Sequence record: PZ168832.1
Strand: one strand, 5' to 3'
DNA length: 64,000 nucleotides
Origin: a phage
This document shows positions 39,065 to 49,671 of this stretch, piece after piece (positions within the stretch are counted from its first letter, which is position 1; each line of letters starts with the position of its first letter). The notes beneath the pieces were generated by a model. It did not search any database and was not told the DNA's origin. It saw only the letters and a program-made list of their open reading frames with translations. The position numbers and the translations under genes were made by a program.

Positions 39065-39481
39065 ATGAAGATCACCAACAAACAAACTGGTCGTACAGTA
39101 GAAATTAAAATCAGCAAAATGACTGCGATGGAAGGCTGGAATATTCAGCGTCGCTTTGTCGAATTTGCAATGTCGAAGGACCCTGCGTTTCGTTCAGAGT
39201 ATACGATGGAAGTGTTGAGCTTCGCAAAAGTCGAGCTTGATGTTGGCCAAGAAATCCCATTAAGTACTGGTGCACTAATTGACAACCATCTTGGTGACTG
39301 GGAAAACCTTAAAGAAGTCTTCGAAGCAGTCCTCATGGAGAACGGTATAAACCCAGATACTCACGCCGAGCGTGAAGGCTACTGGGAACAAGCTGGCGGC
39401 GAAATGGCTGCAGCATTCATCGGCGAATCGATGCGATTAATCGCGCCATTCCTCAGCGGCGAGACTCCAAACAAGGGGTAA
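39065..39481 (+). CDS. possible tail assembly chaperone
   Basis: 138 aa directly upstream of the tape measure gene. Confidence 0.35.
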   Translation: MKITNKQTGRTVEIKISKMTAMEGWNIQRRFVEFAMSKDPAFRSEYTMEVLSFAKVELDVGQEIPLSTGALIDNHLGDWENLKEVFEAVLMENGINPDTHAEREGYWEQAGGEMAAAFIGESMRLIAPFLSGETPNKG

Positions 39482-39484
39482 ACT

Positions 39485-41665
39485 GTGTCTGACTCATTAG
39501 AAAAATTTGTGCTTCAATATACGGTGGACTTGAAAGAGTCCATCAATCGTCTTGAGCAATTGCAAGATAAGGTTGATCAGACAAACAAAAAGGCAAAATC
39601 CGCTGGCAAAGATTTCTCTGGAGCATTCAAAGATGTTTTTGGCGAGCTAAAGCCGCTTACTGGTGAGCTAGGGTCAATTGACGGAATACTTGCGCGGCTG
39701 ACATATCGTTTTGCCGCGCTCGTCCCTGTTGTCGCAGGATTGGCAGTCGTCGTCAAATCCATCGTTGATGTTCGAAAAGAATACGAAGCGCAAAGAAAGC
39801 TTGGTTTTGAAGCCGGACTCTCTCCAATGGGTGTCGAACAACTACAACGACAGTTGAATGAAAGTTCAGGTGGCATCCTTGGCGCACAGGGGTCGCGAGA
39901 CTTAATCAGCAAAGCTTCTAATCTGGCATTCAATGCATACACCAACCCCGATGTGATGAACAAGGACAACTTGTTGTTGAACAAGATGGGGACAAGTCCT
40001 TTCAACAGTAACGGCGGCATCAAAGACACGAATCAGCTGCTTGATGAAATTGGAACAAAGCTGAGAAGTGTGAATGAGCAAACCGCTCGTGCTATTGGTG
40101 CTCTGGCAGGTTTTACCGCCGATGAAGTCCGCGCCCTTCGCGAGCGCAACCAGTCTGTGAAAGAAAGCACACGCATAAGCGATGAGGAAACGGCAAAGCT
40201 GCAGCGCCAACAAGCTGCTCTTGAGACTATACGAAATAGTATGGGGCAAATTCAAGAAGATTGGCGGCGTATTGAGCTGGTTATCGGTGAAAACGTTATG
40301 CCTGCATTCTCGACGCTTGTCAGCAAAACCGCCGATACAGTCGAAGGATTCCAGATGATGTTCCAAAGAATGTCTGACGGATGGAGCGAATTTGTCGACA
40401 ATTTCATCGCTGACTTGAAACACCCGTTTGATAAACAGGCGGCTGTTAACGAGCGTCACGAGCGTGCCGTTGATAGATGGATCACGCAGATGGCCGAAGG
40501 CGATGTGAAACGCCAGAGGAACCAGGAGCAAAACGCAGCTGAACAACGTTCTGCGCAAGCACTTTTCACTCGCGATATAAACCTGTTTTCAAGCGCCGTT
40601 TCAACATTTGCTGGCGTCATTGATGAGCGACAAGCATGGGCTGCATGGGCTGGTGAAATAGGACGAAGCGCAGGTCAATCTGCCATGCCTGGAACACCAG
40701 CACTAAGTACTGGCGCGACCGTAGGCAACAACTTGGGATCAGGCAATCCGACCGCTTACGACTCAATATATGAGGAAGCATCCAAGCGTTATGGAATCCC
40801 TGTTGCGATGATGAAGGCCGTAACAGAAGTCGAATCTGGATTCAACCCCAATGCCGTAAGCGGAGCAGGTGCGACCGGACTGATGCAAATCATGCCTTCC
40901 AACTTCAAGGGCCTTGGTATCACAGACGGCAACGACCCTAGACAAAACATTATGGGCGGCGCTCAACTGTTGAAAGAGTATTTAAACGCTGCCAACGGCG
41001 ATTGGAATCTTGCGCTGACGATGTATCACGGCGGCTACGACCGCAGCGGCTGGGGCAAGAATACACGCGCTTATCCTGGAAAGGTCATGGCCGCTCTCGA
41101 CCGACAATCCAATGGTGAGTATGCCACGGCAGCGCCGCAAGGTGCACCAGTTACTCCAGTACTTAGCGGTAGCGGAGCGGAAGCACCAAAGGGCAGCTAT
41201 GCACCAGTACAAGGCCAATCGCGCCAAACGGTGCAATACAGGCAATTGCAAGAAGCCATTGCAGGATACCTGAACGTACCAGTTGAGCAGTTGATGCAGG
41301 GACAAGTAAACAAAGGTGATATTGACTTTGCTCAAACTTACCTTAAGCTTGGAACGCAAAGGGATTATATTAAAAATATGCAGCTGGCTTCAACTCCAGG
41401 TGTAAGACCGAACATTCAAGCCGAAGCGATGAAAAACGCTCGTCTTGCTGCATTCCAACTTGAAGCATTCCAGAAATATGGCGGCGACCTTTCCGCGAAT
41501 AGTCGACCTGGTGGGCGTGATATTACTATGGGTCAGAAAAACGTTGTCATCAACGTAAACGGCGCTCAAGACCCACGCAGCACGGCGTTCGAAACGAAAC
41601 GGGTGCTTGAACAAGATGATATCAACGACATAAACAACCTTACTGCTACACCTTTGAAGTGGTGA
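39485..41665 (+). CDS. tail tape measure protein with lytic transglycosylase (SLT) domain
   Basis: 726 aa, coiled-coil N-terminal part; VTEVESGFNPNAVSGAGATGLMQIMPSNF plus YHGGYD match SLT motifs; GTG start. Confidence 0.8.
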   Translation: MSDSLEKFVLQYTVDLKESINRLEQLQDKVDQTNKKAKSAGKDFSGAFKDVFGELKPLTGELGSIDGILARLTYRFAALVPVVAGLAVVVKSIVDVRKEYEAQRKLGFEAGLSPMGVEQLQRQLNESSGGILGAQGSRDLISKASNLAFNAYTNPDVMNKDNLLLNKMGTSPFNSNGGIKDTNQLLDEIGTKLRSVNEQTARAIGALAGFTADEVRALRERNQSVKESTRISDEETAKLQRQQAALETIRNSMGQIQEDWRRIELVIGENVMPAFSTLVSKTADTVEGFQMMFQRMSDGWSEFVDNFIADLKHPFDKQAAVNERHERAVDRWITQMAEGDVKRQRNQEQNAAEQRSAQALFTRDINLFSSAVSTFAGVIDERQAWAAWAGEIGRSAGQSAMPGTPALSTGATVGNNLGSGNPTAYDSIYEEASKRYGIPVAMMKAVTEVESGFNPNAVSGAGATGLMQIMPSNFKGLGITDGNDPRQNIMGGAQLLKEYLNAANGDWNLALTMYHGGYDRSGWGKNTRAYPGKVMAALDRQSNGEYATAAPQGAPVTPVLSGSGAEAPKGSYAPVQGQSRQTVQYRQLQEAIAGYLNVPVEQLMQGQVNKGDIDFAQTYLKLGTQRDYIKNMQLASTPGVRPNIQAEAMKNARLAAFQLEAFQKYGGDLSANSRPGGRDITMGQKNVVINVNGAQDPRSTAFETKRVLEQDDINDINNLTATPLKW

Positions 41666-41669
41666 TAAT

Positions 41670-42542
41670 TTGAAAAAGAGAATCCTTAAAGTCACCTTAT
41701 CTATGCCGGATGGCACAAGCCAAGTGCTTGATGAAGGATTGATGCTTAGATGCCGAATCAAAAAGGCAGCACTTTCCGTGCAAAATAAGGCCACAATCGA
41801 AGTCGCAGGATTGACAGGGTACTTGAGAGAGCACCTGCTTTCCAACTTCACCGCATTCAACAAACGTCTGCGTGATCAAGGCCAATTGGCGGCGAATTAC
41901 GTCAACGTAACAATTGAAGCTGGATATAGAGAAGGCAACGTTGTTAGCAGCAACTTAGTCTACAAGGGGCAAGTCACAACGGTCGAGATAACAGCGCCGC
42001 CGCCGAACATCGTCATACGCATCACTTGCTACACCAACCAGATAAACAGGACTAAGTTCATCACTCAAGCTGCACCGTCAAACCCAACATTCAAAGAGTT
42101 TGTGGAGTGGTCGGCAAAGCAAATGGATATTGATACTGTTATCTGCGATACTTCGATTAACAATCAGCGTCTTGTTAACCCAGGCCGCACAACATATGTT
42201 GCAGCCGCCTTGCTGCTTGAGATTCAGAACTATCAAAGGAACTCTATTGCGGCATATATCGATGATGATACGCTCATCGTCAAGGATAAAGACAAAATTC
42301 TGAATCCAGAACAGATAACGGTGATTGAGGAATTTGTCGGAATACCGATGTGGAACGAGTGGGGCGCTGACTTCACTTGCATGTATAACGCGGATTTGAA
42401 GCTTGCCCAAGGTGTGAAATTCAAATCAGTCTTAAACCCAAGCTTGAACGACACCACATTCGTCATCATGCAACTTGAATATGATTTAGCAAGTCGTGAT
42501 GACATATTTACGGTGACGGGCGGCGTTGCACCATCGGCCTAA
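41670..42542 (+). CDS. hypothetical tail/baseplate protein (290 aa)
   Basis: ORF track; non-ATG start. Confidence 0.45.
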   Translation: MKKRILKVTLSMPDGTSQVLDEGLMLRCRIKKAALSVQNKATIEVAGLTGYLREHLLSNFTAFNKRLRDQGQLAANYVNVTIEAGYREGNVVSSNLVYKGQVTTVEITAPPPNIVIRITCYTNQINRTKFITQAAPSNPTFKEFVEWSAKQMDIDTVICDTSINNQRLVNPGRTTYVAAALLLEIQNYQRNSIAAYIDDDTLIVKDKDKILNPEQITVIEEFVGIPMWNEWGADFTCMYNADLKLAQGVKFKSVLNPSLNDTTFVIMQLEYDLASRDDIFTVTGGVAPSA

Positions 42543-42544
42543 AT

Positions 42545-43066
42545 ATGAGAAAGAATAAAGTAATTGAGTTGTTTGGAGTTACTTATGAAATACATCAATT
42601 CAGCGCAATAGATGCGTTTGAAATGGTTGATGCGATAAGCATATTAACTCCACTTGAATTATTAAGTGAATGTCATGTTATTAAATATGACGGAACTAAA
42701 GTCAGGTTAAACTCTGAGAAGGCCATAAGTGAAGAAGTGAAAAGTGTGCCAAATCACTTGCCGCCAAACCTTGTATTGAAAGTTCTAATGGAAGCGGTAA
42801 AGAAGCACAATTTTGGATTCCTCAGTGATTGGAAAGGCACTAAGATTCCAAATAGATTCTTGGCTGACGTTCCGACCGTGGAGCCTAATTATCTTGAGCC
42901 GATGGTTGCAAGCCTAATAAACAATGGTCTTGCTTCGTTAAAAGAACTGGAAGAATATTATTCATTGCGTGATGCATTCGCCATGTTTGATGGACTAATA
43001 GCAAAATCACTTAATGAAGCCTACTCAAACGAAGCTGCCATTAAAGAATCAAAGTCAAATCGCTAA
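42545..43066 (+). CDS. hypothetical tail protein
   Basis: ORF track. Confidence 0.4.
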   Translation: MRKNKVIELFGVTYEIHQFSAIDAFEMVDAISILTPLELLSECHVIKYDGTKVRLNSEKAISEEVKSVPNHLPPNLVLKVLMEAVKKHNFGFLSDWKGTKIPNRFLADVPTVEPNYLEPMVASLINNGLASLKELEEYYSLRDAFAMFDGLIAKSLNEAYSNEAAIKESKSNR

Positions 43067-43123
43067 AATATTGCTTATAGACTCCTTATAGATTATAATT
43101 TGTTGATCAGATATAAGGAGTCT

Positions 43124-43852
43124 ATGATGGCAGAAAAGTTAACCCAACTTACAAGCCCCAACCAAACTGACAAATCAAGTATGTTTGCCGCGCTGCAGGG
43201 AATGCTGGACCGTGGCAAGTATACCACTGACGGCATGATTCCTGCACAAGTAATATCTTATGACCGCAAACAGAATTTAGCAGTCATAAAGCCTGTTATT
43301 CATTTCGTAAGTCTTGATGATAGACCAGTGGAGCGTCAACCACTGGTGTCAATTCCTGTATTGGCAATCGGCGGCGGCGGCTTCGTAATCAACTTTCCTC
43401 TGAAAGAGGGTGATTTGGGCTGGATATTCGCTGGCGACCGCGAGTTGTCGACATTCCTTGAAGAATTGAAGCCGACCGCGCCTACCAATGGCCGCGCGAA
43501 AACTTTCGCTGATGGACTGTTCATACCGGATGTATTTCGAAAATACACCATAAGCGGAGAGGATGCAGGCTCAATGGTAATCCAGTCACTCAGCGGAGCT
43601 GTCCGCATCGCATTAAGTGATGACTCGATAAACATAACTGCATCGGCTGGAGTAAATGTGAAAACACCAATAACCACTATCGACCAACAATTGATAGTTA
43701 ATGGAAAGGCAACGTTCAATGGTGGTATAGAAGGGAAAGAAGGAACGACGGCAACGCTTCCGACTGGCACAACAATCGGCGGCACAAATGTATCCACTCA
43801 CGGTCACATAGGTAACGGACCTGGAAACAGAACTGGGGATATGATAGAATGA
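43124..43852 (+). CDS. putative baseplate protein
   Basis: Track ORF 43100..43852 trimmed to ATG with aaggag RBS. Confidence 0.4.
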   Translation: MMAEKLTQLTSPNQTDKSSMFAALQGMLDRGKYTTDGMIPAQVISYDRKQNLAVIKPVIHFVSLDDRPVERQPLVSIPVLAIGGGGFVINFPLKEGDLGWIFAGDRELSTFLEELKPTAPTNGRAKTFADGLFIPDVFRKYTISGEDAGSMVIQSLSGAVRIALSDDSINITASAGVNVKTPITTIDQQLIVNGKATFNGGIEGKEGTTATLPTGTTIGGTNVSTHGHIGNGPGNRTGDMIE

Positions 43853-45120
43853 GTGCACAATATTCTTACATAGTAAGCACTGGTGTAATAACCATCGACA
43901 CAGCCGATTTGCTGGCTGACGTTCAAAGTGAATGGATTGAGTCATTAGGGGTCGGGCTTGACGTTGATGCCTCGACACCGCAAGGCACCCTAATCGCGAC
44001 AGAGACTTTGGCAAGAACTTCAGTCATGAAGAATAACGCCGAGCTGGGAAGTCTCATCAACCCTAATTATTCATATGGCGTATACCTTGATGCCATCGCG
44101 GCGTTGCTTGGTATTGAGCGAACGAAAAACATCAGCACGATGTTGAAAGGCATTACCGCAGAAGGAACGCCGCTGTTGGAAATTCCTGCTGGAAGTTTGC
44201 TGACGGATTCAAATGGCACATACTGGTATGTTTTGGAAGACGTTCAAATCACTTCGACTGGCAAGACAAGCAATATGACTCTTGCATCAAAAGAGTATGG
44301 CTCATTTACTGTTGCACCTGATGAAGAGTTTACCGTGGTGCAAGGATATGACGTCATCGGATGGTCAAGAACGTATTCAACATCAGCAACGACGACCGTA
44401 CCAGGTACGCAATACATGGGCGACGGAGCGTTAAAGGCCGCTCGCGTTAAGCGCCTTTACCAGCAGGGAATTGCATCGCTTGGTGCTATTCGCGCTCGCG
44501 CCATGTCGGTCGACGGCGTGGAATCGGTGATGGTAGTGGAGAATGACACGGGATTGCCTGGAACGGTGCGCGGCATCACCTTTTCAACGCCTAACGGTGT
44601 CTGGGTGTGCGCAAGCGGAACGTTCGATAAGCAAGTTTTTGCTGAGACTATTTTCAAGGCAAAGATGGGCGGCCAACCGTGGGACTTTGGTGCTACCAAC
44701 CAGGGTGATCCAGTCAACTCGCCTGATGGAATAGAAGTTGTCGACGAAGAATCGCAACTGTCTTATTTCGTAAAGTTCAACACTGCTGTCATATATGACT
44801 TGTATGTCGACATTACTGTTGTAAGAGGCACCGCAACCGCCGATGCCGAATCTATTATTGCCGCTGTGTTGAATTACGGTAATGGAAATTTTAACGGCGA
44901 GCAAGGATATGCAGTGGGTCAATCTCAATCTTCTTTTGAGATTGCTTCATCAGTGTCTTGCGAGTATCCAGGTCTGTACATTAAAGATTGCAAAATTGCA
45001 GCAGTTAAAAGCGGACAGGCAGCGCCAAATTATCCATCCGATTACGGCAGCGAGTGGATTGCCAATCCTTGGGATAAGGCTAATACTATGCGCGGCTTCA
45101 TCAACGTTAAATTTGTGTGA
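43849..45120 (+). CDS. baseplate J-like protein
   Basis: 423 aa; N-terminal region resembles baseplate J family; position after the putative baseplate gene. Confidence 0.45.
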   Translation: MSAQYSYIVSTGVITIDTADLLADVQSEWIESLGVGLDVDASTPQGTLIATETLARTSVMKNNAELGSLINPNYSYGVYLDAIAALLGIERTKNISTMLKGITAEGTPLLEIPAGSLLTDSNGTYWYVLEDVQITSTGKTSNMTLASKEYGSFTVAPDEEFTVVQGYDVIGWSRTYSTSATTTVPGTQYMGDGALKAARVKRLYQQGIASLGAIRARAMSVDGVESVMVVENDTGLPGTVRGITFSTPNGVWVCASGTFDKQVFAETIFKAKMGGQPWDFGATNQGDPVNSPDGIEVVDEESQLSYFVKFNTAVIYDLYVDITVVRGTATADAESIIAAVLNYGNGNFNGEQGYAVGQSQSSFEIASSVSCEYPGLYIKDCKIAAVKSGQAAPNYPSDYGSEWIANPWDKANTMRGFINVKFV

Positions 45121-45126
45121 GGAACT

Positions 45127-47865
45127 ATGCAAAAGTTTGACACAAACCTGTTGCAAAACCTTAAGTGGATGCAGAACAATGCGCCAAACATCACATCTTT
45201 GGTGCAAAAGAAAAGTGACTGGTATGAAAGATACCAAGATCAGTTTTGGACTGACTGGTACAATAACATTTTTAACATTGACACTTGTGATGCAATGGGC
45301 ATTTATATTTGGTGCGACATCCTTTGCATACCAAGAGACTTTGTGGACTTAAGCAACTATGAGCACAACTGGGCGTTTGGACCCACACGCGACAATTTCG
45401 AAGGGCCGGACAATATCGGCGGCAACTTCTTTGGTGCTGGCGGAAAGGTTGTGAAAAACATCGAAGAAGCCCGCATCCTTCTGAAGCTTCGTTATCTGAC
45501 GCTTACAAGTGATGGCCGCATAGAAAGCATCAACCGTATGCTTAAGTGGATTTTCAACCGTGGAGAAGATTGGGATTACTCTTCATCGCGCTACGCATAT
45601 GTGACAGATAATACTCAAGGCGCGGTGTCTTCTTCTGAAGCAACAAACGGCTCATTCCTTCTGTACGACTGGCAGGGGTCAACTGAGATTCAGCACGATT
45701 ATAAACAAGTTCTTTTGAGCCACGGCAACAACGCAGGACTTACCATAAGTGGGGTGGCAGGGACCGTTTCGCGAATGGCACACCCAGACTGGTATTCATG
45801 GGGTAATGGTTCCGGCGCTGGTATTGTCGGTGGCGACACCAGACAGTACGGCGGCCCTGATTACTATGGACAGTTGTGTGGCGATTACCCAGGTGAGGCA
45901 ATAGAGAATTTTGCCAACGCAGTAAGGGTCGTCAAGACGGCTTCAAGCGGTGAGCCTGTGTATTCTTTGGCTAATAATCCAAGCGCACAGTCAATTGCCC
46001 TTCCTTCGCAGGCTGGCGTTAACGTTTGCTATAGCTTCTACATAAAGGTGCTTTCTGAAAACGTCGCTTCTGTTTCTGTTACAGAGAATAGTGATGCATC
46101 GAGCAATGGAAAGCTGTTTGACCCCGTCACCGGCCAGTTCAACTTGGACCCGTCATTGAGCTATTTCATCAAAGGCAAATTCGATGGAGTAAGAAGGGAA
46201 TCAAACCGTGGTGGCATAAAAGCAATTGGCGGCGATTGGTATCGAATCTGGATTGTAGAGCAGACGGCAACCGCTGCTTCTGGAGTAAGTACCAGCTTTT
46301 CAATAGAGTTGAAGGCGACTGCCGCTGGATCAACTCAAACTCGTGAATTGCCTGAAGGGTCTGATGCACTTCTTTTTGGATACTCGATTTGCGTCTGCGA
46401 CCCTGTTCAGAATCCAAATGGGCCTGAGCCTTATTTTTATGGAACGCAAAACCCTCCTTCTGACGGAACAGCAATACTGTCTGTAACGGCGGGAACGCTC
46501 AACAACATCTCCTGTGCAAACGGACCGCTGACGACAAGAAACGGTGTGGTTGGCGAGTCATTCATGCAACCTGGCTCATCACTTGCATACTCTGGCTCAA
46601 TCGGCGGCTACCCGTACCCAGGGAACGCCACATTGATTGCAGAGACTGACGGCATCAGACGCTCATGGAACGTTAGCAGGCTTGATGGAGTACCGCCGCC
46701 GCCGACCGCTGACTATTACATGGAATACGTCATCGGACCTTATTTCGCCAACAACCTGTCAGACAACTTTAAGACGCTAGTTGGCGACAGGAATGAAGGA
46801 TTCTTGCCAGCAAATGCCGGAATACGTTGGCAGCTTTACCAAGAAGTCGCAGACTTATCTGATATTGATTTGACCGTCAGCAACATAACAGACACGCGAG
46901 TAGGATTCGAAACGGAAGGTGTCGCATGGATTAACACTGACGGCATCATCAGAGTTGGCGGCATAAACGAGTGGCCGTTGAACAACTTCAAAGGTGTTAT
47001 ACGACAGCTTGAATCTTTGAAAGGTGTGAACCAAGTTATCGACGGCGCACTTGTCAACGACTATTCAATCTCAAAAGCATCAAGAGATGACTTTGGTCGT
47101 GAAATCCCACGTGCCGCGATCACAAACTACTGGCGATACACACAGCCCAATGACGGCACATCTTTTGGAAATATCGTCAAGGACGGAGATAACACGGTAA
47201 CGGCGACGCCAATCAGCGGTGTGCCCAACCAGTTCCCATCATTCAAGCTTTCCGCTACAATAGGGACTGTGCCAGCGTCCGGCTATGCACGTGCTGTACT
47301 TGCTACTAAATACACTGGCAACCTGACTGGTCCTTTGTCATTTATCGCAATAGTTAAAAACAACACGGTAAACGGTCAAAAACTTTTCGTAACCGTACCG
47401 GATGGTATGGGCGGCTATATCCCTAAATTCTACAGCATAGGCGCAGGTGATTTGCAACGTATCGAAATTGACCTTGCCGCTGAGATTGTTGCAGGAACGA
47501 CTTGGGATGGTTCGACAGGTGGAATCAGCATTGGTTTGATATCAGGGAAAGACTTGCCGACCGAAGTTGGTACGACTCTTGAACTTGATATTTTAAGCTT
47601 GATGCTTGTTTCTGGTAATACGATGAATGCTCTTGCGATTTCAACAAGCGAAGATTTTGCAAAGAAAACTGCAACTTCTATATACATCAAAAACCCAGGG
47701 TCACTGGCGACTGGAGTTCAATTGATAGCTTCGAATGGGGATGTTGTAGCGACAGTAAACTTTCCAAGAAGTGCTGCTGGCGGTTATGTTTCAAGCATGA
47801 ATATAACTGACTTGACTGGTGATTGGGCATCGACCCTTTTATCAAAAATTAAATACATCGTGTAG
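45127..47865 (+). CDS. tail fibre / baseplate-attached receptor-binding protein
   Basis: 912 aa; Gly/Ser/Thr/Asn-rich repetitive sequence; position. Confidence 0.5.
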   Translation: MQKFDTNLLQNLKWMQNNAPNITSLVQKKSDWYERYQDQFWTDWYNNIFNIDTCDAMGIYIWCDILCIPRDFVDLSNYEHNWAFGPTRDNFEGPDNIGGNFFGAGGKVVKNIEEARILLKLRYLTLTSDGRIESINRMLKWIFNRGEDWDYSSSRYAYVTDNTQGAVSSSEATNGSFLLYDWQGSTEIQHDYKQVLLSHGNNAGLTISGVAGTVSRMAHPDWYSWGNGSGAGIVGGDTRQYGGPDYYGQLCGDYPGEAIENFANAVRVVKTASSGEPVYSLANNPSAQSIALPSQAGVNVCYSFYIKVLSENVASVSVTENSDASSNGKLFDPVTGQFNLDPSLSYFIKGKFDGVRRESNRGGIKAIGGDWYRIWIVEQTATAASGVSTSFSIELKATAAGSTQTRELPEGSDALLFGYSICVCDPVQNPNGPEPYFYGTQNPPSDGTAILSVTAGTLNNISCANGPLTTRNGVVGESFMQPGSSLAYSGSIGGYPYPGNATLIAETDGIRRSWNVSRLDGVPPPPTADYYMEYVIGPYFANNLSDNFKTLVGDRNEGFLPANAGIRWQLYQEVADLSDIDLTVSNITDTRVGFETEGVAWINTDGIIRVGGINEWPLNNFKGVIRQLESLKGVNQVIDGALVNDYSISKASRDDFGREIPRAAITNYWRYTQPNDGTSFGNIVKDGDNTVTATPISGVPNQFPSFKLSATIGTVPASGYARAVLATKYTGNLTGPLSFIAIVKNNTVNGQKLFVTVPDGMGGYIPKFYSIGAGDLQRIEIDLAAEIVAGTTWDGSTGGISIGLISGKDLPTEVGTTLELDILSLMLVSGNTMNALAISTSEDFAKKTATSIYIKNPGSLATGVQLIASNGDVVATVNFPRSAAGGYVSSMNITDLTGDWASTLLSKIKYIV

Positions 47866-47875
47866 AGGAACGGCA

Positions 47876-49663
47876 ATGCCAACACTTATTAACAGACCTT
47901 TCGCGCAAAGCGGTGATGTATCCGTGGTGCCGGATGCAAGCCCAAGTGGTTATGTGAACTTCCAGCGCGGATACACCCCTGACTATGCGCTTGCTCTGGC
48001 GGCTGGAAACGTCTCCGCGAAAGCTGTTGAGCGCGAATCGATGAACTGGTTGTTGAATCTGATTACAGACAACCTTATGTTTATTCAAGATCATGGCGCT
48101 CAACAATATTTCTCTTCTGACTTGAAGCCGGATGGATACCCGAAAAACGCCATCGTAGTAAGCAACTCTGGAACTCCTTCAGCGCCTGAATGGCGCATTT
48201 TCCAGAGCGTAGTTGACGGAAACACAAGCGCCGTCCCGGCCAACGGAGAAACGGAATCTTGGCAGGAATTAACACTGCCCAGCGAAGCGCGAAAATACAT
48301 TCCTATGCCTGCTGGCGGCGATGCGCAAAACCCGTATTTTGTTCGCGGATTGATTTCAAGTGTTGTTGACTTTGACAATATCACGACTTCCACAACTATC
48401 GTGATTCAATCCGATGCCGTTGCCGCTCTGTGCTCTAACATACCGAATGCTGTTGGCGCAACGAAGGTTGCAGGTCGGCTGCAGGTATGCGCTTGGCAGG
48501 TCGATGAACAAACCTTTGCCTTGCAGCAATATACATCAATGAATGGCTATTTGTTTACTCGCTCTTATACTTCTGGTGCTTGGAGTGCTTGGATTCAAAA
48601 TGCCACTGTTCAAGACGTTCAAATTGGAACGCCGAATCTTGCATCAGGTAAAGGAGCGCAAGACATAATCCTTACCGTCCCAGCAGGTTATTCATGGCCT
48701 CCGTCAGCAGGTAGTCGCCTGACAATCGTCAATGATGTGACGACTACCGGACCTGTCACTGTGACCATTGGTGTAAACAAAGTTGCCGTTCTTGGATTCG
48801 ACGGCAGCGAGTTGCCAGCTGGCGCTATCGTAGGCCTGTTGCCATTCACCATCATCTATGACGGCACTGTTTGGCGTCTTCTTCAGGCATTCGGCGCGGC
48901 GCAAATCGGCGTTGATGCTACGGAGCCGCAGCAGTTTGTTACCAAAAGGCAACTTGACGCGCTTGCCGCGAAGTTGATTACCATGGGTGACGTATTCGAA
49001 GTCGGTGAGACTCGATTCCTTACCAACGGGACCAACCCGAATACTAAACTGGGCGCTTACGGCCAGGTATGGACACGACTGCCTGATAACATGGTGATTC
49101 GCACGTCCGGCGCTGCGCGAAACGGTCTTGATACAGGCGGAGCAGACTCTGTTACTCTCACCGCCGCCATGCTTCCTCTCCATAATCACAGCGTGAACAT
49201 TACCACGCGACAAAGTGGTCCATGGTCCAATACCACTGGAGACGCAGGCAACCATAACCACACAGGCGATACCAGTCAAAACGGCGCTCACGTGCACGGA
49301 ATGGACACGGCAGGCAACCACCATCATGACAGTAGCTGGGGTGAAGCGAATACGAACGATGCACGATACGGCGTTTATGATGGAACACACAACAACTTCG
49401 GAAGTCGAAAGGGCGGCGACTGGGACAACTACAAATACAACACTTCAACCAACGGCAACCACGTCCATAATATTCAGTCGTCTGGATCACACACCCATGG
49501 GTTGAATATAAATTACGCTGGCAATCACAGCCATAGCTATACCCTTCCCGCTCACACTCACGATGTGGTCGGTAACACTGGCAACGCAGGGCAGTCCGTT
49601 CCAACGGCTGTTTCAACCCTGCCGCGATATGTCGTCTTGAACGGCTGGTACAGAAGCGCATAA
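47876..49663 (+). CDS. tail fibre protein with His-rich H-x-H repeats
   Basis: Track ORF 47819..49663 trimmed to ATG with agaggaa RBS; C-terminal HNHSVN...GNHNHTGD...HVHGMDTAGNHHHD...GNHVHNIQSSGSHTHG...GNHSHSYTLPAHTHD. Confidence 0.65.
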   Translation: MPTLINRPFAQSGDVSVVPDASPSGYVNFQRGYTPDYALALAAGNVSAKAVERESMNWLLNLITDNLMFIQDHGAQQYFSSDLKPDGYPKNAIVVSNSGTPSAPEWRIFQSVVDGNTSAVPANGETESWQELTLPSEARKYIPMPAGGDAQNPYFVRGLISSVVDFDNITTSTTIVIQSDAVAALCSNIPNAVGATKVAGRLQVCAWQVDEQTFALQQYTSMNGYLFTRSYTSGAWSAWIQNATVQDVQIGTPNLASGKGAQDIILTVPAGYSWPPSAGSRLTIVNDVTTTGPVTVTIGVNKVAVLGFDGSELPAGAIVGLLPFTIIYDGTVWRLLQAFGAAQIGVDATEPQQFVTKRQLDALAAKLITMGDVFEVGETRFLTNGTNPNTKLGAYGQVWTRLPDNMVIRTSGAARNGLDTGGADSVTLTAAMLPLHNHSVNITTRQSGPWSNTTGDAGNHNHTGDTSQNGAHVHGMDTAGNHHHDSSWGEANTNDARYGVYDGTHNNFGSRKGGDWDNYKYNTSTNGNHVHNIQSSGSHTHGLNINYAGNHSHSYTLPAHTHDVVGNTGNAGQSVPTAVSTLPRYVVLNGWYRSA

Positions 49664-49671
49664 GGTGATTT

